DNA of 61,838 nucleotides. Origin: an uncultured Gammaproteobacteria bacterium. GTDB lineage: Bacteria > Patescibacteriota > Patescibacteriia > Buchananbacterales > UBA6539. Where the stretch lies: assembly GCA_964497245.1 (NCBI GenBank), contig CAZCCC010000003.1, positions 1 to 61,838 of the forward strand, in the 5' to 3' direction. A program made the position numbers and the translations under genes. The notes under the pieces are model-generated. The model had not been told where the DNA came from. It ran no database searches and worked only from the letters and a program-made list of their open reading frames with translations. The stretch's first letter is position 1. Each line of letters begins with the position of its first letter. Shown here piece by piece: positions 53,597 to 61,838 of the stretch.

Positions 53597-54715
53597 TTAT
53601 ACCGATTGGTAAACCTGTAAAGTTTTTTTTGCGCAATTTAGCCAGCTGTATTTTTTTACGTGTTCCATACCTCTTATTTTTAATGATAAATAAGCTTCTC
53701 TGTCAGTTAAAATATTCTTTATGGCAGCAGCTATATCCTTTGGGTTTTCTGGATTAAAATAAATTCCAGAATCTTGTATAATTTCCGGAACGCTTGTAGT
53801 ATTAGATGATGCTACCGGAGTTCCGCAAGCCAATGACTCGATTGCCACCAGTCCGAAGCCTTCACAAAAAGAAGGTAGAACGAATAATTCTGCTGCATTA
53901 TAAAAAATTGGCAGTTCATTTTCACTTATGAAGCCCGGCATAATTATGTCGTTTCGGTTTTTTGATTTTTCTACCGCTTTAATAATTTCTGGGTATCGGT
54001 CGTCGGGATTTCCCCCTAAAACCATTTGAATATCTAGGTTTAAATGATTTTTAAGTATATCAAAAGCTTCTACTAAATTGGGTAAATTTTTATGGTCTCG
54101 CCAAACACCAACGTAAAAAATAAATGGCTTTGAAATTCCGTATTCAGACATCAAATCAGTAATTTGCTTTTTGTTGGAAATTAGTTTAAATTTTTCTTCA
54201 ATTCCAAGATATATTACCTTTATTTTGTCTTTTGGCGTGTTAAAATTCTTGACTATTTGATTTTTTGTATGGTTTGAAACAGTAATTATTTTTTTTGACT
54301 TTTTTACCGCTGAATTGAAAACTTTATGGTAGCAAATTCTTCTGACTAATGATTTTTTAATATTGGGTCCAGGAAAAAATTTTGGAGTGATGTCATGTAT
54401 TGTAACAATAAATTTTTTTGGGTAAAAAATAGGGATATTAAATTGGGGAAAGTGGATAAGATCAAGTTTGTGTTCAAGCAAAATTTTAAGAAATGCGGTT
54501 TGTTCAGCAAAACTATACCATGGAAAATCAATTTTTACTTTTTTAACTTTTTTTCCCGGCAGGCTAAAACTGGAAAAAATCGGATCTTTCATAAATAAAA
54601 TGTAGTCGTTTTTTTTGTCGATTAAAAAAAGATTGCTAGTTAAATTTTTAATATAGTTACCTATACCGGTTGTACTTTCCGGTCCATACATCCTACAGTC
54701 AATACCAATTTTCAT
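53597..54715 (-). CDS. glycosyltransferase family 4 (GT-B)
   Basis: ...AAELFVLPSFCEGFGLVAIESLACGTPVASSNTTSVPEI (E-x7-E region). Confidence 0.85.
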   Translation of the reverse strand: MKIGIDCRMYGPESTTGIGNYIKNLTSNLFLIDKKNDYILFMKDPIFSSFSLPGKKVKKVKIDFPWYSFAEQTAFLKILLEHKLDLIHFPQFNIPIFYPKKFIVTIHDITPKFFPGPNIKKSLVRRICYHKVFNSAVKKSKKIITVSNHTKNQIVKNFNTPKDKIKVIYLGIEEKFKLISNKKQITDLMSEYGISKPFIFYVGVWRDHKNLPNLVEAFDILKNHLNLDIQMVLGGNPDDRYPEIIKAVEKSKNRNDIIMPGFISENELPIFYNAAELFVLPSFCEGFGLVAIESLACGTPVASSNTTSVPEIIQDSGIYFNPENPKDIAAAIKNILTDREAYLSLKIRGMEHVKKYSWLNCAKKTLQVYQSV

Positions 54716-54716
54716 A

Positions 54717-55841
54717 CTAGTTTTTTAATTCAAGGATATTTAAAATATTCTGAGCTGTTTTTTCCCAGCGGAAATTTTGGCTTTTCAAAAATCCATTTTC
54801 GGCTAACTTTTTTTGGAGTTTTTTATCATCAAGTAAATTGTTCATTGTTTCGGCCAACTCGTTGTAATTATTGGGATCAATTAAGAGGCCTCCTTGACCG
54901 ACAGCTTCTACCAACGAAGAATTAAAGCTTGTTATTACTGGCGTTTTACAGGACATTGCTTCCAATGGAGGTAAGCCGAATCCTTCATAAATTGAAGGAT
55001 AGACAAAAAATTCAGCCAAATTGTAGAGAGCCGGCTTATCCTGGGAATCAACATAGCCTAAAAATTTTATCCTTTTTTTAGCAGTCGAATTTTGCCAAAG
55101 CTTGTAAATTTTTTTATATTTCCATGCCTGACTGCCGGCAACCACCAAATTGACTGATTCGTTTTTTATTTTAGAAAAAGCCATAATTAAAGTCTCAATA
55201 TTTTTTCTGGGTTCAAGGTTGCCTAGATAGAATATGTATTTTTTTGGCAAGTTGTACTTATCCCTAATTTTCTGTTTTTGAAAATCTGTTATCTCTTGAA
55301 AAAATATTTCATTTATCCCTGGATATATAACTCTTATTTTTTCTTTATTTATTCCGTATATTTTAACTATATCATTTTTAGTGTTTTCCGAGACAGAGAT
55401 AATTAAGTCCGCTTTTTGGCAAAGTCTTTTTGGTCCTATTAAAGTATGCCAAAGCCTCTTTTTAAGTGTAAAGAATTCGGGATAAATTTCAAAAGATAAA
55501 TCATGGATAACCAGAATTTTTTTGCAGCGTTCTGAGAGGTTTATAAACAGCAGATTGGGAACAAGGAAATAGTCTACACCGCCAATCATTTTGTCAATTT
55601 CTTTAATTTTCAGGAATCTTAGAGATAGATTAAATATCTTATTAGGAAAATAGAATCCCTTGTAAGATACATTTTCAAAGTTAAATTTAGGAATAGGAAA
55701 TTTTTTGTTTGAATTATAAAATAAAACGTACTGATTTTTTTTATCAATTTTTAGCAAATGGGTTATTAAATTGTGAGTATATTCGCCTATTCCGGAATAT
55801 TGAGATTCCATCAGACAACGAATATCAATTCCGATTCTCAT
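54717..55841 (-). CDS. glycosyltransferase family 4 (GT-B)
   Basis: ...AEFFVYPSIYEGFGLPPLEAMSCKTPVITSFNSSLVEAV. Confidence 0.85.
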   Translation of the reverse strand: MRIGIDIRCLMESQYSGIGEYTHNLITHLLKIDKKNQYVLFYNSNKKFPIPKFNFENVSYKGFYFPNKIFNLSLRFLKIKEIDKMIGGVDYFLVPNLLFINLSERCKKILVIHDLSFEIYPEFFTLKKRLWHTLIGPKRLCQKADLIISVSENTKNDIVKIYGINKEKIRVIYPGINEIFFQEITDFQKQKIRDKYNLPKKYIFYLGNLEPRKNIETLIMAFSKIKNESVNLVVAGSQAWKYKKIYKLWQNSTAKKRIKFLGYVDSQDKPALYNLAEFFVYPSIYEGFGLPPLEAMSCKTPVITSFNSSLVEAVGQGGLLIDPNNYNELAETMNNLLDDKKLQKKLAENGFLKSQNFRWEKTAQNILNILELKN

Positions 55842-55850
55842 AATTTAAAA

Positions 55851-56969
55851 TTACATCCCGCATCTTATTTGGGAACTTTTAAGCTTCTGCCATTCATTTT
55901 CTATTGTTTCTTTTATTTCATTTTTAAATTTTTTAACGCTAAATTGTTCGGAATAATTCTTAATTTCAATTGGATTATATTCTTTTGGGTTGAATCTTAC
56001 TATCGTATCAGCTAGAGATTCCCATGTTTGTTCTTCAAAAAATTTTCCGGTTTTTTTTTCGACAACAGTTTCACATGCTCCACCGGCAGAATAGGCAATA
56101 ACCGGCCGTCCACAGGCCATTGATTCAACGGCAGTAATCCCAAAATCTTCAATCTGGGGATGGATGAAAGCAATAGCTCTACTATATAGTTCAGCTAATT
56201 CATTTTGACTGACTTTACCTAGAAATTCAATATTATTTTTAGCCATGGATTTTAACTTCTTTTCTTCGGGACCGCAACCAAAAATTTTAAGGGGAATTCC
56301 TAGGCGATTAAAAGCCTGAACAGTTAAGTCAAACCTTTTGTAGGTAACGAGCCTTCCGCCTGCTAGGAAATACTTATCTATTTTTTCAGCGATTTTAAAA
56401 TTTGTGGTTTCAACTGGCGGATGAATTACCGTGCTTTCCCGACGGTAATATTTTTTAATTCTATCTGAAACATTCTTTGAATTTGCAAAGAAAAAATCAA
56501 CTCTTTGGGCGGCCAACTGATCCCAAATTCGTAATTTATTAAGAACGGAAGGGATTGTCTTCTTTACCAATCTGTTATACTTTAACTCATCAAGATAGCG
56601 ATGAGTATCAGACCAAAGATATCTTGTCGGAGTATGGCAGTAGCAAAAATGGATAGTATTGGATCTGGTAATTATTCCCTTGGCCATCGCCGAACAACTT
56701 GATAATACAACATCATAGTCAATTAGGTTATAGCTTTCGGTTGCAATCGGCATAAAAGGCAAAAACCATTGGTAATGATTTAAAGCACCCGGCCAGTTCT
56801 GTAGAAAAGAAGTTTTTATATTTTTATTTTTAAAAATTTGTCCAAGTTTTTTTTGATCATAAAGCAAAGTATAGGTAGGAGCGTCCGGCCAAATATCTTG
56901 AAAAACTTTAAGAACTCGTTCTGCTCCGCCTTCCTGTATTAGATGGTCGTGTATTAAAGCAATTTTCAT
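55851..56969 (-). CDS. glycosyltransferase family 4 (GT-B)
   Basis: ...AIAFIHPQIEDFGITAVESMACGRPVIAYSAGGACETV. Confidence 0.85.
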   Translation of the reverse strand: MKIALIHDHLIQEGGAERVLKVFQDIWPDAPTYTLLYDQKKLGQIFKNKNIKTSFLQNWPGALNHYQWFLPFMPIATESYNLIDYDVVLSSCSAMAKGIITRSNTIHFCYCHTPTRYLWSDTHRYLDELKYNRLVKKTIPSVLNKLRIWDQLAAQRVDFFFANSKNVSDRIKKYYRRESTVIHPPVETTNFKIAEKIDKYFLAGGRLVTYKRFDLTVQAFNRLGIPLKIFGCGPEEKKLKSMAKNNIEFLGKVSQNELAELYSRAIAFIHPQIEDFGITAVESMACGRPVIAYSAGGACETVVEKKTGKFFEEQTWESLADTIVRFNPKEYNPIEIKNYSEQFSVKKFKNEIKETIENEWQKLKSSQIRCGM

Positions 56970-58369
56970 TCAGTTTGCCTCCCTTTAAAAACAGCCAGCG
57001 GCGTTTTAATTAATATTATTAAATCAAGGACCAGGGACCAATTTTCAATATAAAAAGTGTCAAGTTTAACCTCCTCTTCAAAATCAAGGTCTGATCTTCC
57101 TGAAACTTGAGATATTCCGGTTATCCCCGGTTTTATTGTCATTACTTTTTTATGATGCTTTTGGTATTTCTGGACTTCTTCAATTTCATGAGGCCTTGGC
57201 CCAACAAGGCTCATTTTACCCAAAAAAACTAAAAATAATTCCGGTAGTTCATCTAGACTAAAACGACGGATTAATTTTCCAACTTTTGTTATTCTGGGAT
57301 CGTCTTTAAATTTAATCATCGGCGAACCTTGTCTTAAATTTTCTTGTTGTTTCAAAAAATCCTCGTTGAAACGGTATTTATGAGCATCTTCAACCATTGA
57401 TCTAAATTTAAAGTAAACAAATGACCTGCCATATTGGCCAATTCTTTTATATTTAAAGATGATTGGTCCCTTTGAATCAATTTTTATCATCAAGGCTATT
57501 ATTAACATTACCGGCGATAGTAAAATAATCAGCAAGAATGAACCAGCTAAATCAAAAATTCTTTTATAAATTCTTCCCCAACCGTCAAGCCTAGTCCTTT
57601 TAACTTTAACTATAGGAGTACCGGCAAAAATTTCAATTTCTAAATTTGTTAGTTGAGTGTCTAAAAGATCAGCTGTATATTTGAAGTCAAGATGGTACTC
57701 ATTGGCAAAATCAATTAATTCCATTGTTTCTTCAAAATTAAGATTGGGATTAATTTGAATAATTTCATCAATTTTATCTTCTATTGCCAAATTTTTTATC
57801 TCTGCTGCTGATTTATCTCCAAAATTATTATATATAGATACAATTTTATATCCAAGACTTGGTTTTTTTTTAAATTCAAAGGCGAGCTTTTCAGCGATTT
57901 GACCTTCTCCTATAATTATGATTTTGCGGACACCTAGTCCGATTCTGTATGTATATTTTTGGATTAATTTCAAGACCAGCCTTTCGGCACTTATAAAAAT
58001 AATTGCCAGTACCCAGGCAACGATTATTATAAAACGGGAGTCAAAAAGATATCTGGAAAAGACCATAACCGCAAGCACCACTGCAAGTCCGGCTGAGCAG
58101 GCAACAAAAATCCTTGCCAATTCGTCAAATATTTTTTTAATCCCACCAAAATTATAAAGTCCGCTTAGAGTAAAAAGTAAAATCCAAACAGCAGAAACTA
58201 TAGCAACTATTGCTAAATATTCTCTAAATGGCAAATTAAAAATAACCGGCCTGATATCTTGAATAAAAGGCAAATAGCGAACCGAATAAGAAACTACTGC
58301 TGCAAAAAATAACGCCAGATAGTCAAGTGGCGGTTTTACTGCCGTAAATAACAATTCAGAATTTTTCAT
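56966..58369 (-). CDS. polyprenyl glycosylphosphotransferase (bacterial sugar transferase, WbaP/EpsL-type priming enzyme)
   Basis: N-terminal TM helices, then KRIFDLAGSFLLIILLSPVMLIIALMIKIDSKGPIIFKYKRIG...DPRITKVGKLIRRFSLDELPELFLVFLGKMSLVGPRP. Confidence 0.85.
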   Translation of the reverse strand: MKNSELLFTAVKPPLDYLALFFAAVVSYSVRYLPFIQDIRPVIFNLPFREYLAIVAIVSAVWILLFTLSGLYNFGGIKKIFDELARIFVACSAGLAVVLAVMVFSRYLFDSRFIIIVAWVLAIIFISAERLVLKLIQKYTYRIGLGVRKIIIIGEGQIAEKLAFEFKKKPSLGYKIVSIYNNFGDKSAAEIKNLAIEDKIDEIIQINPNLNFEETMELIDFANEYHLDFKYTADLLDTQLTNLEIEIFAGTPIVKVKRTRLDGWGRIYKRIFDLAGSFLLIILLSPVMLIIALMIKIDSKGPIIFKYKRIGQYGRSFVYFKFRSMVEDAHKYRFNEDFLKQQENLRQGSPMIKFKDDPRITKVGKLIRRFSLDELPELFLVFLGKMSLVGPRPHEIEEVQKYQKHHKKVMTIKPGITGISQVSGRSDLDFEEEVKLDTFYIENWSLVLDLIILIKTPLAVFKGRQTE

Positions 58370-58426
58370 TTTTTATTATATAAGCTAGAAAGTAAATTGG
58401 TATTTATGAGAAAAAATAAAGACATA

Positions 58427-58534
58427 GTATTATTCAGTTTTTTTATTGGCGACGAAGCCAAAAAGGGTTAATGCCCCGTCCCGATTTATATATTTTAATT
58501 AAGGTGCGGGAATCCGCGGTTAATACCCTTTATT
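58427..58534. repeat. dispersed intergenic repeat, copy 2 (shorter)
   Basis: GTATTATTCAGTTTTTTTATTGGCGACGAAGCCAAAAAGGGTTAATGCCCCG...GCGGGAATCCGC...GGTTAATACCCTTTATT. The ends are shared with 28016-28176. Confidence 0.55.
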
Positions 58535-58630
58535 GAAAAAAGGCTAAACTGCTCATACACGTGGTTTATATCTTTATTAAAATAATTTTACCAAAATAAA
58601 GGTAAAAAATCAACTAAAAAATTATATACT

Positions 58631-58659
58631 TTGACAAAATTTATATTTTATGATATTAT
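58631..58659 (+). promoter_or_regulatory. sigma70-type promoter TTGACA-N17-TATTAT for rnpB
   Basis: TTGACA (58631-58636), an exact 17-nt spacer, then TATTAT (58654-58659). It lies about 35 nt upstream of the RNase P RNA P1 stem. Confidence 0.55.
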
Positions 58660-58694
58660 ATATAAGTTGTATTTTTTGATATTCAAATTTCAAT

Positions 58695-59135
58695 AGAGTA
58701 GGCAGGCTAGATAGCCGCCCCCGCGCCTATTTTAAAATTCAGCTAAAATAATTCTAAAATAGGCGCGGGGGAGGAAAGTCCGAACACTCTCCAGTATTTT
58801 ATTGGAGTCGTAGTAATGGGTAATGCCCATCCTTGCACTGGCGACAGTGCAAGAGGACCAGTTCCGCAGAGACTATACAAATCTCGACTTCAAGCCGAGA
58901 TCAAAGGTGAAAAGTGTCAAAGTGTTTTATCTTGAATACGGGATATCCCTTCAAAATAATGCTTTTTGACTCGGCTCCTGGCAACAGGATGCCCGCGGTA
59001 AACTCTACTTGGTGCAATGCCAAATTAGGTAGGCAGCTTGAGCCTAATGGCGACATTTAGGCCCAGATAGATGGCTATCCACCCGAGCTTAAAAGGCAAA
59101 GGTGACAGAATTCGGCTTATAGGCCTGCCTACTCT
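58695..59135 (+). ncRNA. rnpB: RNase P RNA, bacterial type A
   Basis: P1 pairing of AGAGTAGGCAGGC with GCCTGCCTACTCT. Universally conserved P4 strands GAGGAAAGTCCGAAC and ACAGAATTCGGCTTAT. A long AT-rich P3-like hairpin (CCCCGCGCCTATTTTA...TAAAATAGGCGCGGGG). Confidence 0.92.
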
Positions 59136-59254
59136 GCTGAAATAAAAAAAATATCTTAATTAATAAGGTATTTTTTTTAATTTCATATTAAACAGAGATA
59201 TAATCAAGAGTTTACAAATGAATTCAACTCGCGGGACAAAGCTTACTTTGCCAG

Positions 59255-59671
59255 TCAGCACCCTCTATCTGTTAAGCCCGCATCAATTGCTTGATTTACA
59301 AGTTTATCAGCTTCCCTGTTGTCATTTCTCTTTATATGAACATATTTTATTTTTTTGAATGCAGCCGACAAATTCCAAACTTTAACAAACAATTGGGCCA
59401 AATCGTTATTTTTCACTTTGTACTTTTGATTTAGCTGCTGCTGAACTAATTCGCTGTCTAAAAATAAGTCAATTTCTTCAACTCCGAGTTCTTTTGCCTT
59501 TTGAAGCGCCAATATTACCGCTTTGTATTCAGCTTGGTTGTTTGTTGCATGACCAATATATTCTTTAAAATTATATTTTTGGCCACTAATTTCTATTACT
59601 GCTCCAATTCCCGCAGGGCCGGGATTACCCCTAGCACCACCGTCAGTATGTATTGTTGCTTTTTTTTCCAT
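59255..59671 (-). CDS. rnhA: ribonuclease HI
   Basis: TDGGARGNPGPAGIGAVI...TNNQAEYKAVILALQKA...DSELVQQQL...NREADKLVNQA (DEDD catalytic pattern). Confidence 0.85.
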   Translation of the reverse strand: MEKKATIHTDGGARGNPGPAGIGAVIEISGQKYNFKEYIGHATNNQAEYKAVILALQKAKELGVEEIDLFLDSELVQQQLNQKYKVKNNDLAQLFVKVWNLSAAFKKIKYVHIKRNDNREADKLVNQAIDAGLTDRGC

Positions 59672-59680
59672 ATATTTAGT

Positions 59681-61399
59681 TTAATTAGTGATTCTTAAAT
59701 CAATTATTTTTAGCTGCAGTTCCCTGCTGCCATTCCATTCATTAGAGTCAACCTCAAAAACCATGTCAATTCTGCCGCCTGTTTTAATTTTAGCACACCA
59801 GCCACCAAAGCAAAAACCGATCGTTTTTCGAATAATATTACTGTTATGTTTAACCATTAAACGCAAATGTTTACCCTGCTGTCCGACACTTTGAGCTTCA
59901 ACTATTGTTAAATTTCTAGCTAAAAATTTTGGTTTAGGATTCCCTTCTCCATAAGGTTTAAATTTTTCCAGTTCGTCAAATAGTTTCCAATTAATATCTT
60001 CTAAGCTTATATCTGCATCAATTTCAATTGCCGGCTTTATTTCTTTTCCCGCCAGTTCTTTTTCAGCAAGATTTTGTATTTTTTTTATAAAGTTGGCAAG
60101 ATTCTTCTCATCCTTCAGGGTAAACCCGCAGGCTTGAGCGTGTCCACCGTAGCGACTCAAAAAAACATCGCATTTTTTTAAAGCTTCTATGATATTAAAA
60201 TCCGGTATACTACGGCCGGATCCTATTATTTGTCCATTATAACGGCTTATAACCAGGCTAGGCAGGTTAAATTCATCGGTAATTCTCCCGGAAACCAAAC
60301 CAACTATTCCGGTTGGCCAGCCTGTACCTACTGAAATCAGTAACTTCTTATCTTTAGTTTCTCCGATTATCTGCCGTGCCTCGGAAGTAATTTTTTCGGT
60401 AATTTGCTGCCTTTCCATATTGGTTTTATTTAATTCCTCGGAAAATTTTTCCGCTTGACTTAAGTTATCGGTTATTAGAAGTTCATAAGCAGAACTTGCA
60501 TGGTTGAGTCTGCCGGCCGCGTTAAGTCTTGGAGAAATTTGCCAACCTATTACCCTTTCATCAATCTGGGTCAGATTACTGTTCATTTTTTCAATTAGCT
60601 TAAGTAATCCGATTCTTCTGGTTTTTTGTAAAACAATCAAACCATATCTAACCATAACCCTATTTTCGTCTAACAGTGGTTGCATGTCTGCAACTGTCCC
60701 GATTGCCACAAGATCTAAAAGCCATTTTTCAAATCCCTCTTTAATTCTATTTACTTTATAGTCTATCTGCCCTGCAATCAATCCTTGAACCAACTTGTAG
60801 GCTACGCCGCAGCCGGCTAATTCCTTAAAAGGATATTTTTCCTGATTAAGGTGTGGGTTTAGAATAGCATAAGCGCAAGGAAGCTCTAGTGGTTCCTGGT
60901 GATGATCTGTGACAATAACTTCAACATTGTTCTTATTTAAAAAATCAATTTCTTTTTTATTTGAAATTCCACAATCAACCGTTATGAGAAGTTGCGTTTT
61001 ATTTTTAACTAGGCTTTTTGTCGCTTCAATATTTAGGCCATAACCTTCAGTTTCTCGAAAAGGGATGTAGACGTCGACATCAGCCCCAAAAGCCTTTAAA
61101 GTTTCAACTAGAATAACCGATGACGAAACTCCGTCCGCATCATAGTCGCCATAAACTACTATTTTTTCTTTTTTTTCTATCGACTCAAATATTTTTTTTA
61201 CCGTTTTTTTCATATCATTAAATAAAAAAGGGTCATGAAGGTTCTCTCCATAATCAGGCAGTAGAAACTGGTCAATCTTTTTTTGTGAATCAATTCCTCT
61301 ATTGAAAAGCAGTTGGATTATTATGGGGTATATTTCTGGAAATCTATCAAAATCTGTTTGCTCTAAATTAGGTTTTATTTTCCAATTTTTTTCTGACAT
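59681..61399 (-). CDS. recJ: single-stranded-DNA-specific exonuclease RecJ
   Basis: DHH motifs VYGDYDADGVSS, TVDCGISN and IVTDHHQ, plus a DHHA1 region GGHAQACGF. Confidence 0.9.
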   Translation of the reverse strand: MSEKNWKIKPNLEQTDFDRFPEIYPIIIQLLFNRGIDSQKKIDQFLLPDYGENLHDPFLFNDMKKTVKKIFESIEKKEKIVVYGDYDADGVSSSVILVETLKAFGADVDVYIPFRETEGYGLNIEATKSLVKNKTQLLITVDCGISNKKEIDFLNKNNVEVIVTDHHQEPLELPCAYAILNPHLNQEKYPFKELAGCGVAYKLVQGLIAGQIDYKVNRIKEGFEKWLLDLVAIGTVADMQPLLDENRVMVRYGLIVLQKTRRIGLLKLIEKMNSNLTQIDERVIGWQISPRLNAAGRLNHASSAYELLITDNLSQAEKFSEELNKTNMERQQITEKITSEARQIIGETKDKKLLISVGTGWPTGIVGLVSGRITDEFNLPSLVISRYNGQIIGSGRSIPDFNIIEALKKCDVFLSRYGGHAQACGFTLKDEKNLANFIKKIQNLAEKELAGKEIKPAIEIDADISLEDINWKLFDELEKFKPYGEGNPKPKFLARNLTIVEAQSVGQQGKHLRLMVKHNSNIIRKTIGFCFGGWCAKIKTGGRIDMVFEVDSNEWNGSRELQLKIIDLRITN

Positions 61400-61488
61400 A
61401 GTGTTTTATTTTAACATTTTAGAAAGATAACGGCAAATAATTTTAATATCCTAAAAAATCAGCTTTAGTATTTAAAATTTTAAAATTA

Positions 61489-61517
61489 TTTACAAAAAAA
61501 GATTAAGGTGCTAAAAT
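61489..61517 (+). promoter_or_regulatory. sigma70-type promoter TTTACA-N17-TAAAAT
   Basis: TTTACA (61489-61494), a 17-nt spacer, then TAAAAT (61512-61517). The ATG at 61524 is only 6 nt downstream, so the transcript may be leaderless. Confidence 0.4.
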
Positions 61518-61523
61518 AATATT

Positions 61524-61625
61524 ATGAAAAAGCAAAAAAAATGGCAAAAAATAGTGTGGATTGCAATAGCCCTGATGGTTTCTTTTTCAATGTTAGCTTG
61601 GACTATTGGACCATTTTTTTATTAG
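61524..61625 (+). CDS. very small hypothetical membrane peptide (33 aa)
   Basis: My translation is MKKQKKWQKIVWIAIALMVSFSMLAWTIGPFFY: a basic N-terminus followed by one hydrophobic helix. It is below the track cut-off. Confidence 0.3.
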   Translation: MKKQKKWQKIVWIAIALMVSFSMLAWTIGPFFY

Positions 61626-61742
61626 GTTTTGTTAAGAGTTTTTAATGGTTAAAAGCTGATAATCGTTAAATTTAGTATAATCAGCAATCAAAAAACCGCA
61701 TGGTTTACCTAGCGGCTTTTTTTAGTTACTGCATAAAATAGG

Positions 61743-61838
61743 TTATTTTTTCAGCACAGCCAAGAAAGCTTCGGTTGGAATATCAACTCGGCCATGAGTC
61801 ATCATCTTTTTTTTGCCTTTTTTTTGTTTTTCCAGCAG
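61743..61838 (-). CDS. partial CDS (C-terminal 31 codons; starts beyond the right edge), unknown product
   Basis: The reverse-strand reading frame is open from the window edge: [31 protein letters not shown] followed by a stop (TAA at 61745-61743). Confidence 0.35.
   Translation of the reverse strand: MLEKQKKGKKKMMTHGRVDIPTEAFLAVLKK

Overview
This is a 61.8-kb, very AT-rich and gene-dense window. Sample lines I hand-counted run about 23-35% GC. I call about 60 protein genes, and nearly all are on the minus strand. The plus-strand exceptions are dnaB-recR, one spermidine-synthase-like gene, two small ORFs, two tRNAs and rnpB. The content looks like a reduced Candidate Phyla Radiation / Patescibacteria-type genome. 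That is an inference from gene content (DUF4012, a sigma-region-4/HARE-HTH protein, a short AlaRS, many glycosyltransferases), not from any search.

Supported housekeeping features:
- The infA-rpmJ-rpsM-rpsK-rpsD-rpoA-rplQ-rplM-rpsI ribosomal block. rpmJ is missing from the ORF track and I found it by hand.
- alaS, mnmA, ugd, secD/secF, yidC, ftsE/ftsX, an FtsB-like gene, dnaB, recR, rplU, tgt, RNase HI and recJ.
- Four tRNAs: Gln-UUG, Gly-CCC, Thr-CGU and Lys-UUU.
- A type-A RNase P RNA.
- Two surface-glycan loci, at 662-6058 and 53597-58369, plus a WecA-like gene.

Main second-look items:
- An orphan VirD4/TraD-like ATPase that lacks TM helices and carries a zinc-ribbon tail, abutting a membrane partner (16766-19934).
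- SecD with an embedded parvulin PPIase domain.
- A membrane-tethered, zinc-ribbon Clp/Hsp100 ATPase whose D1 module looks degenerate.
- RpoA with no alpha-CTD.
- Two GC-rich islands flanking rplU: an RNA-or-small-ORF island and a Cys-to-Ser PurF-like gene.
- A dispersed intergenic repeat, with copies at 28016-28176 and 58427-58534.
- A homopolymer frameshift in rdgB.
- A DUF4012 / surface-protein pair heading a glycosyltransferase operon.

Several near-consensus TTGACA-N17-TAnnnT promoters are visible and support start-codon corrections. No CRISPR array, rRNA, transposase or integrase is visible.
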